Position numbers and translations under genes: made by a program. Below the pieces are notes generated by a model. That model searched no databases. It saw only the letters and a list, made by a program, of their open reading frames with translations, and was not told the origin of the DNA. A stretch of DNA of 32,000 nucleotides, taken from Candidatus Omnitrophota bacterium (GTDB lineage Bacteria > Omnitrophota > Gorgyraeia > 2-01-FULL-45-10). Where the stretch lies: assembly GCA_023818895.1 (NCBI GenBank), contig JAMWCX010000003.1, positions 240,001 through 272,000 on the forward strand. The letters run 5' to 3'. Below are positions 1 to 12,516 of the stretch, piece by piece (positions within the stretch are counted from its first letter, which is position 1; each line of letters starts with the position of its first letter).

Positions 1-1801
1 GTACGAAAGCGCTTATCTTTTCGCCGCTTGCGAGCGAAAGAAGATTGACTATCGCCTTTCCTTTGGATGTCCTGCCGGCCTCTGGTATTTCATGGACCTT
101 GAGCCAGTGGACATTTCCTTTGTCGGTGAAGAAAAGCATGTAGTCATGGGTGGAGGCGATGAAAAGATGTTCGACAAAATCCTCATCCTTTATCTCCGCT
201 CCCGTGACGCCCTTGCCGCCGCGGCGCTGCTTGCGATAACTTGAGACTGGAAGCCTCTTGATATATCCTCCATGGCTCATAGTTATCACGACATCTTCTT
301 CTGCTATCAGATCCTCTATCTCTAACTCTTCCGCTTCCGGTGCTATCTCGGTCCGGCGTTCATCACCGAATTTTTCGGCGAGTTCCCTGGTCTCCTGTTT
401 TATTATTTCAAGCACCTTCTTTTCGCTGGCGAGTATCGACTTATAATATTCTATCTTCTTTATGAGCTCGAGATACTCTTTATCTATTTTGTCGCGCTCC
501 AGACCCGTCAGTCGCTGAAGTTGCATCTCAAGGATCGCCTGCGCCTGCCTGTCGGAAAGCTCAAATTTTTTCATGAGCTCTTCTTTGGCAACCTGCGGAT
601 CCTTAGATTCTTTTATTATCTTGATGACCCTGTCGAGATTCTTTAAAGCCACTTTAAGCCCTTCGAGTATGTGGGCCCTTTCGAGAGCTTTATCCAGGTC
701 GAAGCGCGTCCTGCGAATCACCACATCCTTACGATGGCGGATAAATTCTTCTATAACTTCTTTCAGGTTGAGGACCTTCGGCCTTCCGTCAACGAGCGCT
801 AGCATTATAACCCCGAAGGTCACCTGCATTTGGGTGTGCTTGTAGAGCTGGTTCAGAACGACTCTCGCTATCGTGCCCCTGCGAAGCTCTATGACGATCC
901 TCATACCATCCTTATCGGATTCGTCGCGCAGGTCTGTAATTCCGTCGATCTTCTTCTCCTGGACAAGATTGGCTATCGACTCAATAAGGTTGGCCTTGTT
1001 GACCATGTAGGGTATCTCTTTTATGATGATGGCCTCTTTGCCGCTCTTCTGTTCCTCTATATACGCCTTGGCATGTATCTTTAAAAGGCCCCTGCCCGTC
1101 GTGTAGGCCCTGCGGATGCCCTCAAGCCCCCTAACGATGCCGCCCGTTGGGAAGTCGGGCCCTTTTATCTTTCTTATGAGCGCGCTTATGTCACAATCTG
1201 GCTCATCGATGACATGCGTAATGGCCTCAGCGACTTCCTTCAAGTTGTGCGGCGGAATATTCGTGGCCATCCCGACCGCTATGCCGCTGGAGCCGTTAAC
1301 AAGAAGATTGGGCAGGCATGAAGGAAGCACCTTCGGCTCCTCAAGAGACCCGTCGAAATTCGGCGTAAAATCAACGGTGTTTTTGTCTATATCAAGGAGC
1401 ATCCAATCTGTAATGTGCTCAAGGCGCGCCTCTGTATACCTCATAGCGGCAGGTGCATCGCCGTCGATAGAACCGAAGTTGCCTTGACCGTCCACAAGGG
1501 GATATCGCAGGCTGAAATCCTGCGCCATCCTGACAAGCGTATCGTACACGGCAACATCGCCGTGGGGGTGGTATTTACCAAGCACCTCTCCGACGATACG
1601 AGCGCTCTTTTTATAGGGCTTGTTATGCTCTACTCCGAGCTCCCGCATAGCGTAGAGGACCCTCCTGTGAACAGGTTTCAGTCCGTCACGAATATCTGGG
1701 AGCGCCCTACCCACTATTACGCTCATTGCGTAATTTATATAGGAGTCCTTCATCTCCTCTTCGATGTATACTGGTAACACCTTTTCATTTAACGCGTACA
1801 T
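1..1801 (-). CDS. gyrA: DNA gyrase subunit A, N-terminal ~600 aa (3' end lies beyond the window start)
   Basis: Absent from the ORF track because it is truncated. Reverse translation from the ATG (complement of 1799-1801) gives [52 protein letters not shown]. The catalytic-Tyr motif [14 protein letters not shown] is encoded at about 1413-1460. The spot-checked stretches at both ends (N-terminus, Tyr motif, and the HGGYIKR..GKGV region near position 1) are in one frame. SD-like aggagag (complement of 1803-1809) lies just upstream. Confidence 0.95.
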   Translation of the reverse strand, partial: MYALNEKVLPVYIEEEMKDSYINYAMSVIVGRALPDIRDGLKPVHRRVLYAMRELGVEHNKPYKKSARIVGEVLGKYHPHGDVAVYDTLVRMAQDFSLRYPLVDGQGNFGSIDGDAPAAMRYTEARLEHITDWMLLDIDKNTVDFTPNFDGSLEEPKVLPSCLPNLLVNGSSGIAVGMATNIPPHNLKEVAEAITHVIDEPDCDISALIRKIKGPDFPTGGIVRGLEGIRRAYTTGRGLLKIHAKAYIEEQKSGKEAIIIKEIPYMVNKANLIESIANLVQEKKIDGITDLRDESDKDGMRIVIELRRGTIARVVLNQLYKHTQMQVTFGVIMLALVDGRPKVLNLKEVIEEFIRHRKDVVIRRTRFDLDKALERAHILEGLKVALKNLDRVIKIIKESKDPQVAKEELMKKFELSDRQAQAILEMQLQRLTGLERDKIDKEYLELIKKIEYYKSILASEKKVLEIIKQETRELAEKFGDERRTEIAPEAEELEIEDLIAEEDVVITMSHGGYIKRLPVSSYRKQRRGGKGVTGAEIKDEDFVEHLFIASTHDYMLFFTDKGNVHWLKVHEIPEAGRTSKGKAIVNLLSLASGEKISAFV

Positions 1802-1809
1802 GTCTCTCC

Positions 1810-4416
<2,607 letters not shown>

Positions 4417-4761
4417 TCATTTAATATTACCGATTCTGAACCGCACGTCTTTTATCTTTTTGTTTGGGATGGCTTTCTCTAGCTTGTTAAGTATCTCTTT
4501 TTTCCTCATCGTCAGCTCATAAAGCCAGCTGGAGCTATCCACACTGACCGTTATAACCGCCTTCTTGAGCGTGGTCGGCTTGGAATGTTTGGCGGCGTCA
4601 TCACCAGCCGCCCGACGCCAAGCCTCGTCGATCTCTTCGGCACTAACCCGTTCTCCCCCGCTTAGGTTTTTTATCACTTTCCCCAGAATCTCTGAGAGCG
4701 GATTTTTGGAAGCGGTGTTTTCAACTGGGCTGCCTTGGCATAACCACATATACGTATTCAT
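4417..4761 (-). CDS. DUF721/DciA-like small protein (start uncertain: ATG at 4761 or 4749; the ORF-track start at 4800 overlaps dnaN by 80 nt)
   Basis: It occupies the dnaN-gyrB slot usually held by recF plus DUF721. The C-terminal segment AVITVSVDSSSWLYELTMRKKEILNKLEK resembles the DUF721 signature (..V.VdssaW.qeL...k.eiL.kL) as I remember it. Confidence 0.55.
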   Translation of the reverse strand: MNTYMWLCQGSPVENTASKNPLSEILGKVIKNLSGGERVSAEEIDEAWRRAAGDDAAKHSKPTTLKKAVITVSVDSSSWLYELTMRKKEILNKLEKAIPNKKIKDVRFRIGNIK

Positions 4762-5821
4762 CGCCAATCCTGACCACGCCCGGTTTTGCCGGATCAACAA
4801 GCTCCATGTATATGTTTTCTTCGTCTATGTTTTTTAAAAGATTGATAAGGTAATCCGGGTTGAAACCTATTGAGATATCTTTACCCTTATACTGGGCCTC
4901 AAGCTCAACTCTTGCCTCCCCCATATGGGGGTCGTTTTTAGAAAGTGTTATTTTGTCGCGTGAGACATCTATTTTTACAAACATCGAGTCATGGCTCGTA
5001 AAAAGCGCTGTCCTCTTTATCGCTGCCAATAGTGGCGCTCTTGCTACAACAATCTTTTCTTTGGCTTCTTCAGGTATAACCTTTTCGTAGTTTGGGAACT
5101 CTCCTTCGATCAGTCTTGAGATAAGTTTTTTACTGCCTTTATCGAACGATACTTGTTTTTCAGCCAGAAACAACTTGATTTCCTCTTCGCTATCCGCAAG
5201 CATCCTGTCTAATTCGTCGACTGCTTTGGCTGGTAGGATGAACTTCGTTTCCGCTGTCTTTGGTAGCTGTATCTTGTCTTCTGTGACCGCAAGACATCTG
5301 CCGTCGGTTGCCGCCAACCTAAGGTAGGTAGGTTTTATTACAAAAAGTATGCCGTTCAACACATGGCGTATCTCATCATGTCCTATCGCGAAGCTTGTCC
5401 TGCGTAGCATAGTCTTTAGTTTGTTTTGTTTTAAGGTAATGTTGTTTTTGTCTTTGAATTCCGGCGGTTTTGAAAACTCCTCTTCTGGCAGGCCCATTAT
5501 TTTAAATAGGCTTTTCCCGCATTCTATGCTAACAAGATTATTTTTTTTCACAGACACGGATATCGTTTCGTTGTCTGGAAGCTCTTTTACTATTTCCAAG
5601 ATCTTTTTTGCGGGTATTGTTATCGCGCCGGTCATGATCGGTTTTATAGGGAGTATAGATACTATGCCGATATTGAAATCTGTGGCTGTTAACACAATGT
5701 TATCGTTTTTTGATTCGATTAATATATGTGACAGAATTGGTTGAACGGCTTTTGGGTCTATAACTGTTTGAACTCCTTGAATTCCTTTTAATAAAACCTC
5801 TTTGGTGGAAGTAAATCTCAT
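4721..5821 (-). CDS. dnaN: DNA polymerase III beta sliding clamp
   Basis: ORF track, 366 aa, the typical clamp length. It lies directly downstream of dnaA. The N-terminus MRFTSTKEVLLKGIQGVQTVID and the three-domain-sized body fit the beta clamp. Confidence 0.92.
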   Translation of the reverse strand: MRFTSTKEVLLKGIQGVQTVIDPKAVQPILSHILIESKNDNIVLTATDFNIGIVSILPIKPIMTGAITIPAKKILEIVKELPDNETISVSVKKNNLVSIECGKSLFKIMGLPEEEFSKPPEFKDKNNITLKQNKLKTMLRRTSFAIGHDEIRHVLNGILFVIKPTYLRLAATDGRCLAVTEDKIQLPKTAETKFILPAKAVDELDRMLADSEEEIKLFLAEKQVSFDKGSKKLISRLIEGEFPNYEKVIPEEAKEKIVVARAPLLAAIKRTALFTSHDSMFVKIDVSRDKITLSKNDPHMGEARVELEAQYKGKDISIGFNPDYLINLLKNIDEENIYMELVDPAKPGVVRIGDEYVYVVMPRQPS

Positions 5822-5981
5822 TTTAAATCCTTTTCTTTTAATTTATTAGATTAGCCAGTAAAAGCATACGTAAAGGTTGTTGATAAGTTAGTAGTTTTTT
5901 AACCGAAACAAAATCAAATATTTACGGAAAAACAAATCCAAAACACAAAACAAAAAATATCCACAACACCAACAAAACGCC
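5822..5981. promoter_or_regulatory. dnaA-dnaN intergenic region: A/C-rich tract with one DnaA-box-like site (aTATCCACA, 5957-5965)
   Basis: This is a 160-nt AT-rich spacer. The plus strand at about 5900-5980 is almost only A and C (aaacaaaatcaaa...aacaaatccaaaacacaaaacaaaaaatatccacaacaccaacaaaac). One site matches TTATCCACA at 8 of 9 positions. Confidence 0.4.
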
Positions 5982-7352
5982 TCAATTTTTGATGCTTTCA
6001 ATAACTTTATCAACAATTGCCTTTAGCCCCCTTTTGTTTTTCAGATCATTTTCTATTTTATCATAAGCGTGAATCACTGTTGTGTGGTCCCTACCACCAA
6101 ACTGTTCGCCGATCTCTGGTAGCGAATAATCTGTGAGTTGCCTTGCCAAATACATCGCTATCTGGCGAGGATAAGCTATTGCTTTAGAGCGCTTCTTTGC
6201 CCTCATATCCGAAAGTTTTATATCAAAATATTCACTCACTTTTTTCTGAATCAATTCTATAGTGACTTTTTTCTCCCCCTCTATGATCATATCCTTAAGA
6301 ACTTCTTTTGCGAGTTCAACCGAAACATCCTTCCCAACAAGTTTGGCATATGCAACAACACGTATTAATGCACCCTCAAGCTCGCGTATATTGGTTCTTA
6401 TCTTCTCAGCCAAGAAGTAAAAGACATCCTCAGGCAAAACTATAGTTTCTTTCTCGGATTTCTTCTTTAGTATCGCAATTCTCGTCTCAAAATCAGGCGG
6501 TTGTATATCAGTTACAAGCCCCCACTCAAACCTGGAAACAAGCCTTTCTTCCAACCTCTCTATCTCTTTAGGCGGCCTATCGCTTGAGACAACAATCTGT
6601 TTGTGGGCGTCATAGAGCGCATTGAAGGTATGGAAGAATTCCTCCTGCGTGGCCTCCTTGCCAGCGATGAAGTGTATATCATCTATTAGAAGTATGTCGA
6701 CGCTTCTGTATTTTTCCCTGAATTTCAAGGTGGTCCGATTCTGGATGGCGCTTATCAGCTGATTAGTGAACTCTTCGCTTGAGATGTAAAGCACGCGGGC
6801 CTTCGGAGATTTTTGTAAGACCCGGTGTCCTATAGCGTGCATCAGGTGTGTCTTGCCGAGGCCGACGCCGCCGTATATAAAAAGAGGATTGTATGCCTTT
6901 GCCGGCGAATCCGAAACCGCAAGCGCGGCGGCATGCGCGAAGCGATTGGATGGCCCTATAACAAAATGGTCAAACGAGTATCTCTCTTGTAGTCCTATTT
7001 CCTTCGCTTGGTCCGAAACCGATCGTGAAAAAGGCCAAATGCCACGACCCCCCTTCTCTTTTCTAGATGATGCTTCCTGGGCCGATTGCACACCACCGGC
7101 CTCCGCAAGCACAAAGTCTATTTTTAAATCTGAACCACAGGCCTGACGAATAGCGGCATTAAGCGGCTCCATGTAGTGATCCAAAAGCCATCCTCTAAAA
7201 AATTCATTAGGTACTTCAAGAACGATCGCGTCGCTCTTTAGGGCCAGGCATTTTATCGGTTCGAACCATATATTGTAGGTTCGCTCGTTATCCAGATTCT
7301 TCTTAAGTATCTCTTTTGCGCGAACCCAAGAAGCGTTTCCAGAATCAGACAT
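5982..7352 (-). CDS. dnaA: chromosomal replication initiator protein DnaA
   Basis: Walker A GGVGLGKTHLMHAIG. LLIDDIHFIAGKEATQEEFFHTFN. Domain IV RQIAMYLARQLTDYSLPEIGEQFGGRDHTTVIHA. The ORF track starts at GTG 7367. I prefer ATG 7352 (MSDSGNASW...) because a perfect DnaA box abuts the GTG. Confidence 0.96.
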   Translation of the reverse strand: MSDSGNASWVRAKEILKKNLDNERTYNIWFEPIKCLALKSDAIVLEVPNEFFRGWLLDHYMEPLNAAIRQACGSDLKIDFVLAEAGGVQSAQEASSRKEKGGRGIWPFSRSVSDQAKEIGLQERYSFDHFVIGPSNRFAHAAALAVSDSPAKAYNPLFIYGGVGLGKTHLMHAIGHRVLQKSPKARVLYISSEEFTNQLISAIQNRTTLKFREKYRSVDILLIDDIHFIAGKEATQEEFFHTFNALYDAHKQIVVSSDRPPKEIERLEERLVSRFEWGLVTDIQPPDFETRIAILKKKSEKETIVLPEDVFYFLAEKIRTNIRELEGALIRVVAYAKLVGKDVSVELAKEVLKDMIIEGEKKVTIELIQKKVSEYFDIKLSDMRAKKRSKAIAYPRQIAMYLARQLTDYSLPEIGEQFGGRDHTTVIHAYDKIENDLKNKRGLKAIVDKVIESIKN

Positions 7353-7677
7353 CAAGCACCCATTCACTTATCCACAATAGTTCGGAGCAAATTCAAGGGA
7401 AATTCGGAGGTTATTCACAAGTTGTTCACAAGCCAAAATTGCCAAAATAGACGATATCACGCGCTATTATATTAAAATATGCTTTAGATTGCAAGAGAAA
7501 ACATCCCTTGTAACAAAAAAGAAGGGTTTGATTTTGTCGCACAATAGAATTGCGTAAAAAGGTTATATAACAAAAGGCCTCCAAAGAGGTTAGTGAAAGG
7601 TAGTCAAAGACCTTAATCAAAAGGCGCAGCGATATTATTGTTGTAGATAAAAATTATACTAGACCGGGTAAATAATA
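7353..7677. promoter_or_regulatory. candidate oriC / dnaA control region with a DnaA-box cluster and an AT-rich stretch
   Basis: There is a perfect TTATCCACA at 7368-7376. Further boxes are TTATTCACA at 7411-7419 (8/9), TTGTTCACA at 7422-7430 (7/9) and an inverted TGTAGATAA at 7642-7650 (8/9 to TGTGGATAA). An AT-rich stretch gctattatattaaaatatgctttagatt lies at about 7462-7490. Gene orientation flips here. Confidence 0.6.
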
Positions 7678-7705
7678 TTGACTCAACCTTTCTTTATGTT
7701 ATAAT
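7678..7705 (+). promoter_or_regulatory. sigma70-type promoter for rpmH-rnpA-yidD-yidC
   Basis: TTGACT (7678-7683), a 16-nt spacer, then an extended -10 TGtTATAAT (7697-7705). It sits about 28 nt upstream of the rpmH ATG, which has its own SD aaaggag. Confidence 0.6.
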
Positions 7706-7733
7706 CTACAACGCGAATTTTTAAAGGAGCGTT

Positions 7734-7871
7734 ATGAAATATACACTAAAACCCGGATCAAACATTAAGCGGAAGCGCACGCACGGTTTCCGAAAAAGGA
7801 TGAAAAGCCGCTGGGGGCGCCAGGTTCTTTCAAGGCGCAGAAAAAAGGGCCGTCATAAACTGACTGTGTAA
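7734..7871 (+). CDS. rpmH: 50S ribosomal protein L34 (45 aa; too short for the ORF track)
   Basis: Hand translation gives [45 protein letters not shown]. This carries the L34 signature KRTHGFR.RM and the conserved position upstream of rnpA. Confidence 0.93.
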   Translation: MKYTLKPGSNIKRKRTHGFRKRMKSRWGRQVLSRRRKKGRHKLTV

Positions 7872-7936
7872 TTGCCGTCGGCATATCAGAAAGGCCGCGC
7901 CCGGCAAAAGAGGCGCGGAAGGAAAGGTCTGGCAGG

Positions 7937-8296
7937 ATGATCTCCGACGGAGATTTCCGCAAAAAAGAGCGCATACTCAAGACGAGAGACTTTAGGATAG
8001 CGTATAAGAAAGGACGGTCTTTAAGAAAAGATGGACTTGTCCTTTATTTTCTTGCCAACGGTCTTAGTTATAATCGGGTGGGATTTTCAATAAGTTCCTC
8101 CACCGTAAAGTTAGCAACACTTCGTAACCGCATCCGGAGACTTTTCCGGGAAGTATATCGCAGAAAAAAAACCTCGATGAAGACCGCCTTTGATATTATA
8201 TTAATAGTGAGAAAAAACCCAGGCAAGGCCACCTCATATAAATGGGCCGAAGAGACCTTTTCAGCGCTGCTGAAGCAAGCGGGGATAATGTTGTGA
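7937..8296 (+). CDS. rnpA: ribonuclease P protein component
   Basis: ORF track, 119 aa, basic. Motifs KTRDFRIAYKKG and LRNRIRRLFRE (the RNR motif). Conserved rpmH-rnpA-yidD-yidC synteny. Confidence 0.9.
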   Translation: MISDGDFRKKERILKTRDFRIAYKKGRSLRKDGLVLYFLANGLSYNRVGFSISSSTVKLATLRNRIRRLFREVYRRKKTSMKTAFDIILIVRKNPGKATSYKWAEETFSALLKQAGIML

Positions 8297-8499
8297 GAAA
8301 GGTCATTATTGAGGCAATAAAATTTTATCGTAACTATTTGTCGTGTATGAATATACAATGTTGTAGATTTTATCCTTCCTGCTCAGAATATGCCATCGAA
8401 GCACTTCAAAAATATGGGGTTGTGAAAGGGTTATTTAAATCTATCGGCCGGATAACACGCTGCCATCCTTTTTGCAAAGGCGGCTATGATCCGGCCTGA
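8293..8499 (+). CDS. yidD: membrane protein insertion efficiency factor YidD
   Basis: Motifs CRFYPSCSEYAIEAL and RCHPFCKGGYDP. I prefer the GTG start at 8293, which overlaps the rnpA stop as GTGA. The ORF-track ATG at 8242 would overlap rnpA by 55 nt. Confidence 0.85.
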   Translation: MRKVIIEAIKFYRNYLSCMNIQCCRFYPSCSEYAIEALQKYGVVKGLFKSIGRITRCHPFCKGGYDPA

Positions 8500-8508
8500 C
8501 AGGACGAT

Positions 8509-10101
8509 ATGGAGAAAAGACTTATTCTAGCAATAGCGTTATCGATCTTCATAATAATGTCATTTCAGATAATGGCGCCGAAAGGCCCCCATTCCCCGTC
8601 GGTTACGGTTGTGACGAAAGAAGCACCGCCGACAGTTTTGCCGAAGGATACAATTATCAGCGCACCGTCGGCGGCAGAAGTAGCTATACAGGAGAAAGAG
8701 CTAAAGGTGGATACCGATCGTTATATCTTAACCTTCAGCAATATGGGTGGCGCGATAAAAAATATATGGTTAAAGGAATATAAGGACATCCACACTGGAG
8801 GGCCTCTTTGGCTCGCCGACATACGAAATCCAAAAGAATATATATTCACTATATCAAGTGCCGATATCCCGGGTATTGACATAGCCGCCTATTCTCTAAC
8901 AAGATCCGACAATACGATTACGTATTTTCTTTCCACTAAAGATTTTGAAATATCCAAGCGATATACATTACATAACTCCAAATATGGCATAGAGTTAGAA
9001 GTGTCGATAAGAAATATCTCCGATTCGCCGCGGTCTTTCAATTATAATATAATCGGTGGGGCCGGAATAAATGAGACTAAACACGAAGACAAACGGTTCT
9101 TAGAAGTCACCTCGGTAGTGGATGGGAAATACATCGGATTCAAAAGACCGAAGGATAAAAGGATAACAAATCTCGGCATTGTTGCATGGACAGCCCTGAA
9201 GAGCAAGTATTTTTCATTAATTCTCAAGCCTCTATTCACAACGAGAGGCCAGTTTTACAAAGAAGACAACACCGGCCTATTGACCATGGGAGTAGATGTC
9301 GGTGAAACGGTTATACAACCAAAATCCGTTTTAATTAATAAATATCTTCTATATGCGGGACCAAGCCATATACCAGCCTTAAAAGAATTCGGATACGGTT
9401 TAGAGTCGACGGTAAGCTATGGATTCTTCGGCGGCATAAGCAAGGTAATGATATCGGTGATGAGATTTTTCCATTCGATAGTACAAAGCTGGGGACTATC
9501 GATAATACTACTATCCGTGTTTCTTAATTTTATTCTATTTCCTTTGACAATGAAGAGTTTCAGATCGATGCAAAAGATGCAGGAACTACATCCAGAAATG
9601 GAGAGATTGAAAAAGCAATATAAAGATAACCCACAAAAGCTGAATAAGGAGATAATGGATTTATACAGAAAGTACAACATCAATCCATTTAGTGGCTGTC
9701 TCCCCATTCTTCTGCAGATGCCGATATTCATAGCACTCTACTCAGCGCTAATGAGATCTATAGAACTTCGTAACGCCAGTTTTTTATGGATAAGAGACCT
9801 ATCTGCTCCGGACGCTGTGAAACTACCATTTGCGCTTCCTATAATCGGTAACAACATTAATATTCTCCCATTGGTAATGGTTCTGGCGATGGCGTTACAA
9901 CAGAAGATCTCCACCAAATCTATGGGCGGAGCAGTTACTGTTGAACAAAAAGAACAGCAAAGACTTATGATGATAATGATGCCTATCGTATTTGGGTTTG
10001 TATTTTATAATATGCCGTCAGGTCTAGTGTTATATTGGTTGGTCAATACGGCACTGACAATATTTGAGCAAGGGGTGATATTGAAAAAATCAACGACATA
10101 A
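8509..10101 (+). CDS. yidC: membrane protein insertase YidC
   Basis: ORF track, 530 aa. It has an N-terminal TM segment, a periplasmic domain, and the conserved core MQELHPEMERLKKQYKDNPQKLNKEIMDLYRKYNINPFSGCLPILLQMPIFIALY. Confidence 0.95.
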   Translation: MEKRLILAIALSIFIIMSFQIMAPKGPHSPSVTVVTKEAPPTVLPKDTIISAPSAAEVAIQEKELKVDTDRYILTFSNMGGAIKNIWLKEYKDIHTGGPLWLADIRNPKEYIFTISSADIPGIDIAAYSLTRSDNTITYFLSTKDFEISKRYTLHNSKYGIELEVSIRNISDSPRSFNYNIIGGAGINETKHEDKRFLEVTSVVDGKYIGFKRPKDKRITNLGIVAWTALKSKYFSLILKPLFTTRGQFYKEDNTGLLTMGVDVGETVIQPKSVLINKYLLYAGPSHIPALKEFGYGLESTVSYGFFGGISKVMISVMRFFHSIVQSWGLSIILLSVFLNFILFPLTMKSFRSMQKMQELHPEMERLKKQYKDNPQKLNKEIMDLYRKYNINPFSGCLPILLQMPIFIALYSALMRSIELRNASFLWIRDLSAPDAVKLPFALPIIGNNINILPLVMVLAMALQQKISTKSMGGAVTVEQKEQQRLMMIMMPIVFGFVFYNMPSGLVLYWLVNTALTIFEQGVILKKSTT

Positions 10102-10161
10102 ACTTGACTTTTTGTTGAAAGTAGTGTAATCTTTTATCAAAATAATCAAAAGAATTTTCAG

Positions 10162-10177
10162 TGTTTCACGGGGAACA
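10162..10177. promoter_or_regulatory. degenerate parS-like palindrome just upstream of parA
   Basis: TGTTTCACGgGgAACA matches the parS consensus TGTTTCACGTGAAACA at 14 of 16 positions. It lies 10 nt before the parA ATG. Confidence 0.45.
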
Positions 10178-10186
10178 TTTTTTATA

Positions 10187-11035
10187 ATGTCTAAAGTAAT
10201 AGCTATATGCAACCAAAAAGGTGGCGTAGGCAAGACGACAACCGCTATTAACCTCGCGACATTTCTCGCATTCTCTGGTAAAAAGACGCTACTCGTAGAT
10301 ATTGACCCTCAGGGTAATGCCACAAGCGGCCTCGGAATCAATAAGCACAATATTAAGACGAGCGTATACGATCTTCTTATTGAAGAAATCGATCCAAAGT
10401 CCATCTTTGTGACCAGCGGAATAGATAATTTTATTCTGTTGCCATCAACACTTAGTCTTACTGGGGCTGAAGTTGAACTTGTTGGAGTGATGGGGCGCGA
10501 GTATCGACTTAAGAAAGCGCTAGCGGCTATTGCCGAAGACTTCGATTACATATTTATTGATTGTCCTCCATCATTAGGCCTTCTCACGATTAACGCACTT
10601 GCAGCAGCACATTCAGTATTGATACCAATTCAATGTGAGTATTATGCTCTAGAAGGCTTGAGTCAGCTAATTAAAACTATAAATCTCGTCAAAGAAAATA
10701 TAAATAACAGCCTTACCATAGAGGGTGTTTTGCTTACAATGGCAGATTATAGGACAAAATTGACTAACGAAGTGATAAATGAAGTAAGAAATTTTGTAAA
10801 AGGAAAAGTTTACAATACGGTTATACCAAGAAATATTAAGCTTACTGAGGCGCCAGGTTTTGGTAAGCCTATCGCACTTTATGATAGGAATTCTATTGGA
10901 TCACAAAAGTATCAAGAATTTGCAAATGAGTTATTAGGGGTTAAAAAAGAAACACAGCTTAACAGCATATCAGAAAATCATAACATCAATATTAATAATC
11001 AGTTAGAGAAAGTCGGAGACTTGGAGGTTAAATGA
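10187..11035 (+). CDS. parA: chromosome partitioning ATPase ParA/Soj
   Basis: Deviant Walker [15 protein letters not shown], plus DIDPQGNAT. At 282 aa it has an approximately 30-aa N/I-rich C-terminal tail. Its stop overlaps the parB ATG (ATGA). Confidence 0.93.
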   Translation: MSKVIAICNQKGGVGKTTTAINLATFLAFSGKKTLLVDIDPQGNATSGLGINKHNIKTSVYDLLIEEIDPKSIFVTSGIDNFILLPSTLSLTGAEVELVGVMGREYRLKKALAAIAEDFDYIFIDCPPSLGLLTINALAAAHSVLIPIQCEYYALEGLSQLIKTINLVKENINNSLTIEGVLLTMADYRTKLTNEVINEVRNFVKGKVYNTVIPRNIKLTEAPGFGKPIALYDRNSIGSQKYQEFANELLGVKKETQLNSISENHNININNQLEKVGDLEVK

Positions 11036-11892
11036 TGGAAAAGCGAGCCTTAGGAAGAGGATTGGAAGCTTTACTTACACCAAAGGCGGTTGAAACAGCA
11101 ACAGCGGTATCGACAAACACACAGGAACAGGTGTTGCAGATCCCATTGTCGCAGATAAAGATGAATAAATACCAGCCGCGGATAGCGTTTAACAGAGAAA
11201 AGCTCAACGAGCTCATTAATTCGATAAAGGAAAAGGGGGTTGTACAACCAGTTCTTGTTAGAAAGATACCAGATGGATATGAGTTGATAGCAGGAGAAAG
11301 ACGACTGCGCGCTGTAAAGGAATTGGGGCTCGATAAGATACCGGCGATAGTGAAGAACGTTTCCGACATTGACATGTTGGAAATATCGCTGATAGAGAAT
11401 ATACAAAGGGAAGAGCTCAACCCTATAGAAGAGGCTCACGCCTTCCAGAGGTTCGTGACCGAATTTAATTACACACAAGAGGATATAGCAAAAGTTCTAT
11501 CAAAGGACCGATCAACAATAGCGAACACAATAAGACTTCTGGCCCTTCCCAAAAAAATACAGGATTTTATCGCCTCCAACACGATAACCGCTGGGCATGC
11601 CAAGGCGCTTCTCGGCCTTCCATCTGAGATGGAGCAGCTCAGGGTGTGCAATCTTATAATAAAGAAAGGGCTTTCCGTACGAGAAACAGAGTCTATCGTT
11701 TCCAGGCGCTCCTTCGGGGAGCGCAAAAGCCCTCCACGTAAGGATCAGAATATAAGTGAGATAGAATCAAGCCTACAGCAGTTATTCGGAACGCGAGTGA
11801 GAATCATCCATGGCAAAAAGAGGGGGAAGATACAGATTGAATATTACTCACTCGAGGACATGAACCGCATCCTTGACCTACTCAAACGCTAA
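11032..11892 (+). CDS. parB: chromosome partitioning protein ParB/Spo0J
   Basis: GERRLRA arginine patch, [16 protein letters not shown], and [26 protein letters not shown]. Confidence 0.93.
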   Translation: MMEKRALGRGLEALLTPKAVETATAVSTNTQEQVLQIPLSQIKMNKYQPRIAFNREKLNELINSIKEKGVVQPVLVRKIPDGYELIAGERRLRAVKELGLDKIPAIVKNVSDIDMLEISLIENIQREELNPIEEAHAFQRFVTEFNYTQEDIAKVLSKDRSTIANTIRLLALPKKIQDFIASNTITAGHAKALLGLPSEMEQLRVCNLIIKKGLSVRETESIVSRRSFGERKSPPRKDQNISEIESSLQQLFGTRVRIIHGKKRGKIQIEYYSLEDMNRILDLLKR

Positions 11893-12006
11893 AAAGTCTT
11901 GACGAGCGCCCGCCTTATTTATTAAAATATCATAATACTATCCATAAATCTAAAATGGGATAGTGTAATTATTTTATCAATACTGCTTAATATTAAGGGG
12001 TTAGGC

Positions 12007-12504
12007 ATGATTCAGCAAACACTTGTTTTAATCAAGCCGGATGGGTTGAAAAAATCGCTCACAGGAAACGTCCTGACGCGGCTTTCCGAGACAAAACTTG
12101 ATATAGTGGCCGCGAAAATAGTCCGCGTATCCCGAGAGTTGGCCGAGGAGCATTACAAGCAGCTCAAGGACAAGCCATTTTTTGAAGAGCTTCTTAAATA
12201 TATCATGGGAGAATATCATAAAAAGAAGGTTATGGCACTTGTATATTGGGGTGAAAACGCGATTGATAAAGTAAGACAGATATGCGGAGCTACGAATCCC
12301 GAAGAGGCCGATCCCGTCTCTATACGTGGGGCGTACGGCAGAATAACAACTAAGGGGGTATACGAAAACGTCATACATGCGTCTACGAATGAGGCCGAAG
12401 CGGAGCGGGAAATAAAACTATGGTTTCAGCCGGATGAGATAATAGTCGACCTTTATCCTACCAAGACAGTGAAAAAAAGCATAGAGGTAAGGGTCTGGGC
12501 ATGA
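12007..12504 (+). CDS. ndk: nucleoside-diphosphate kinase (165 aa, slightly long)
   Basis: LIKPDG at the N-terminus, the catalytic-His context NVIHAS, and IRGAYG. Confidence 0.85.
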   Translation: MIQQTLVLIKPDGLKKSLTGNVLTRLSETKLDIVAAKIVRVSRELAEEHYKQLKDKPFFEELLKYIMGEYHKKKVMALVYWGENAIDKVRQICGATNPEEADPVSIRGAYGRITTKGVYENVIHASTNEAEAEREIKLWFQPDEIIVDLYPTKTVKKSIEVRVWA

Positions 12505-12516
12505 AGGGAGGTTGAG

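Noticed and set aside
7893-7917. 7-bp GC hairpin (ccgcgcc/ggcgcgg) between rpmH and rnpA as a terminator
   Set aside because: No T-run follows it. It may be an mRNA structural element, but there is no basis for a terminator or regulatory call.
7426-7980. Minus-strand ORFs 7426-7620 and 7765-7980
   Set aside because: The first lies in the DnaA-box/AT-rich origin spacer. The second is antisense to rpmH and the rpmH-rnpA spacer. Neither has supporting signals.
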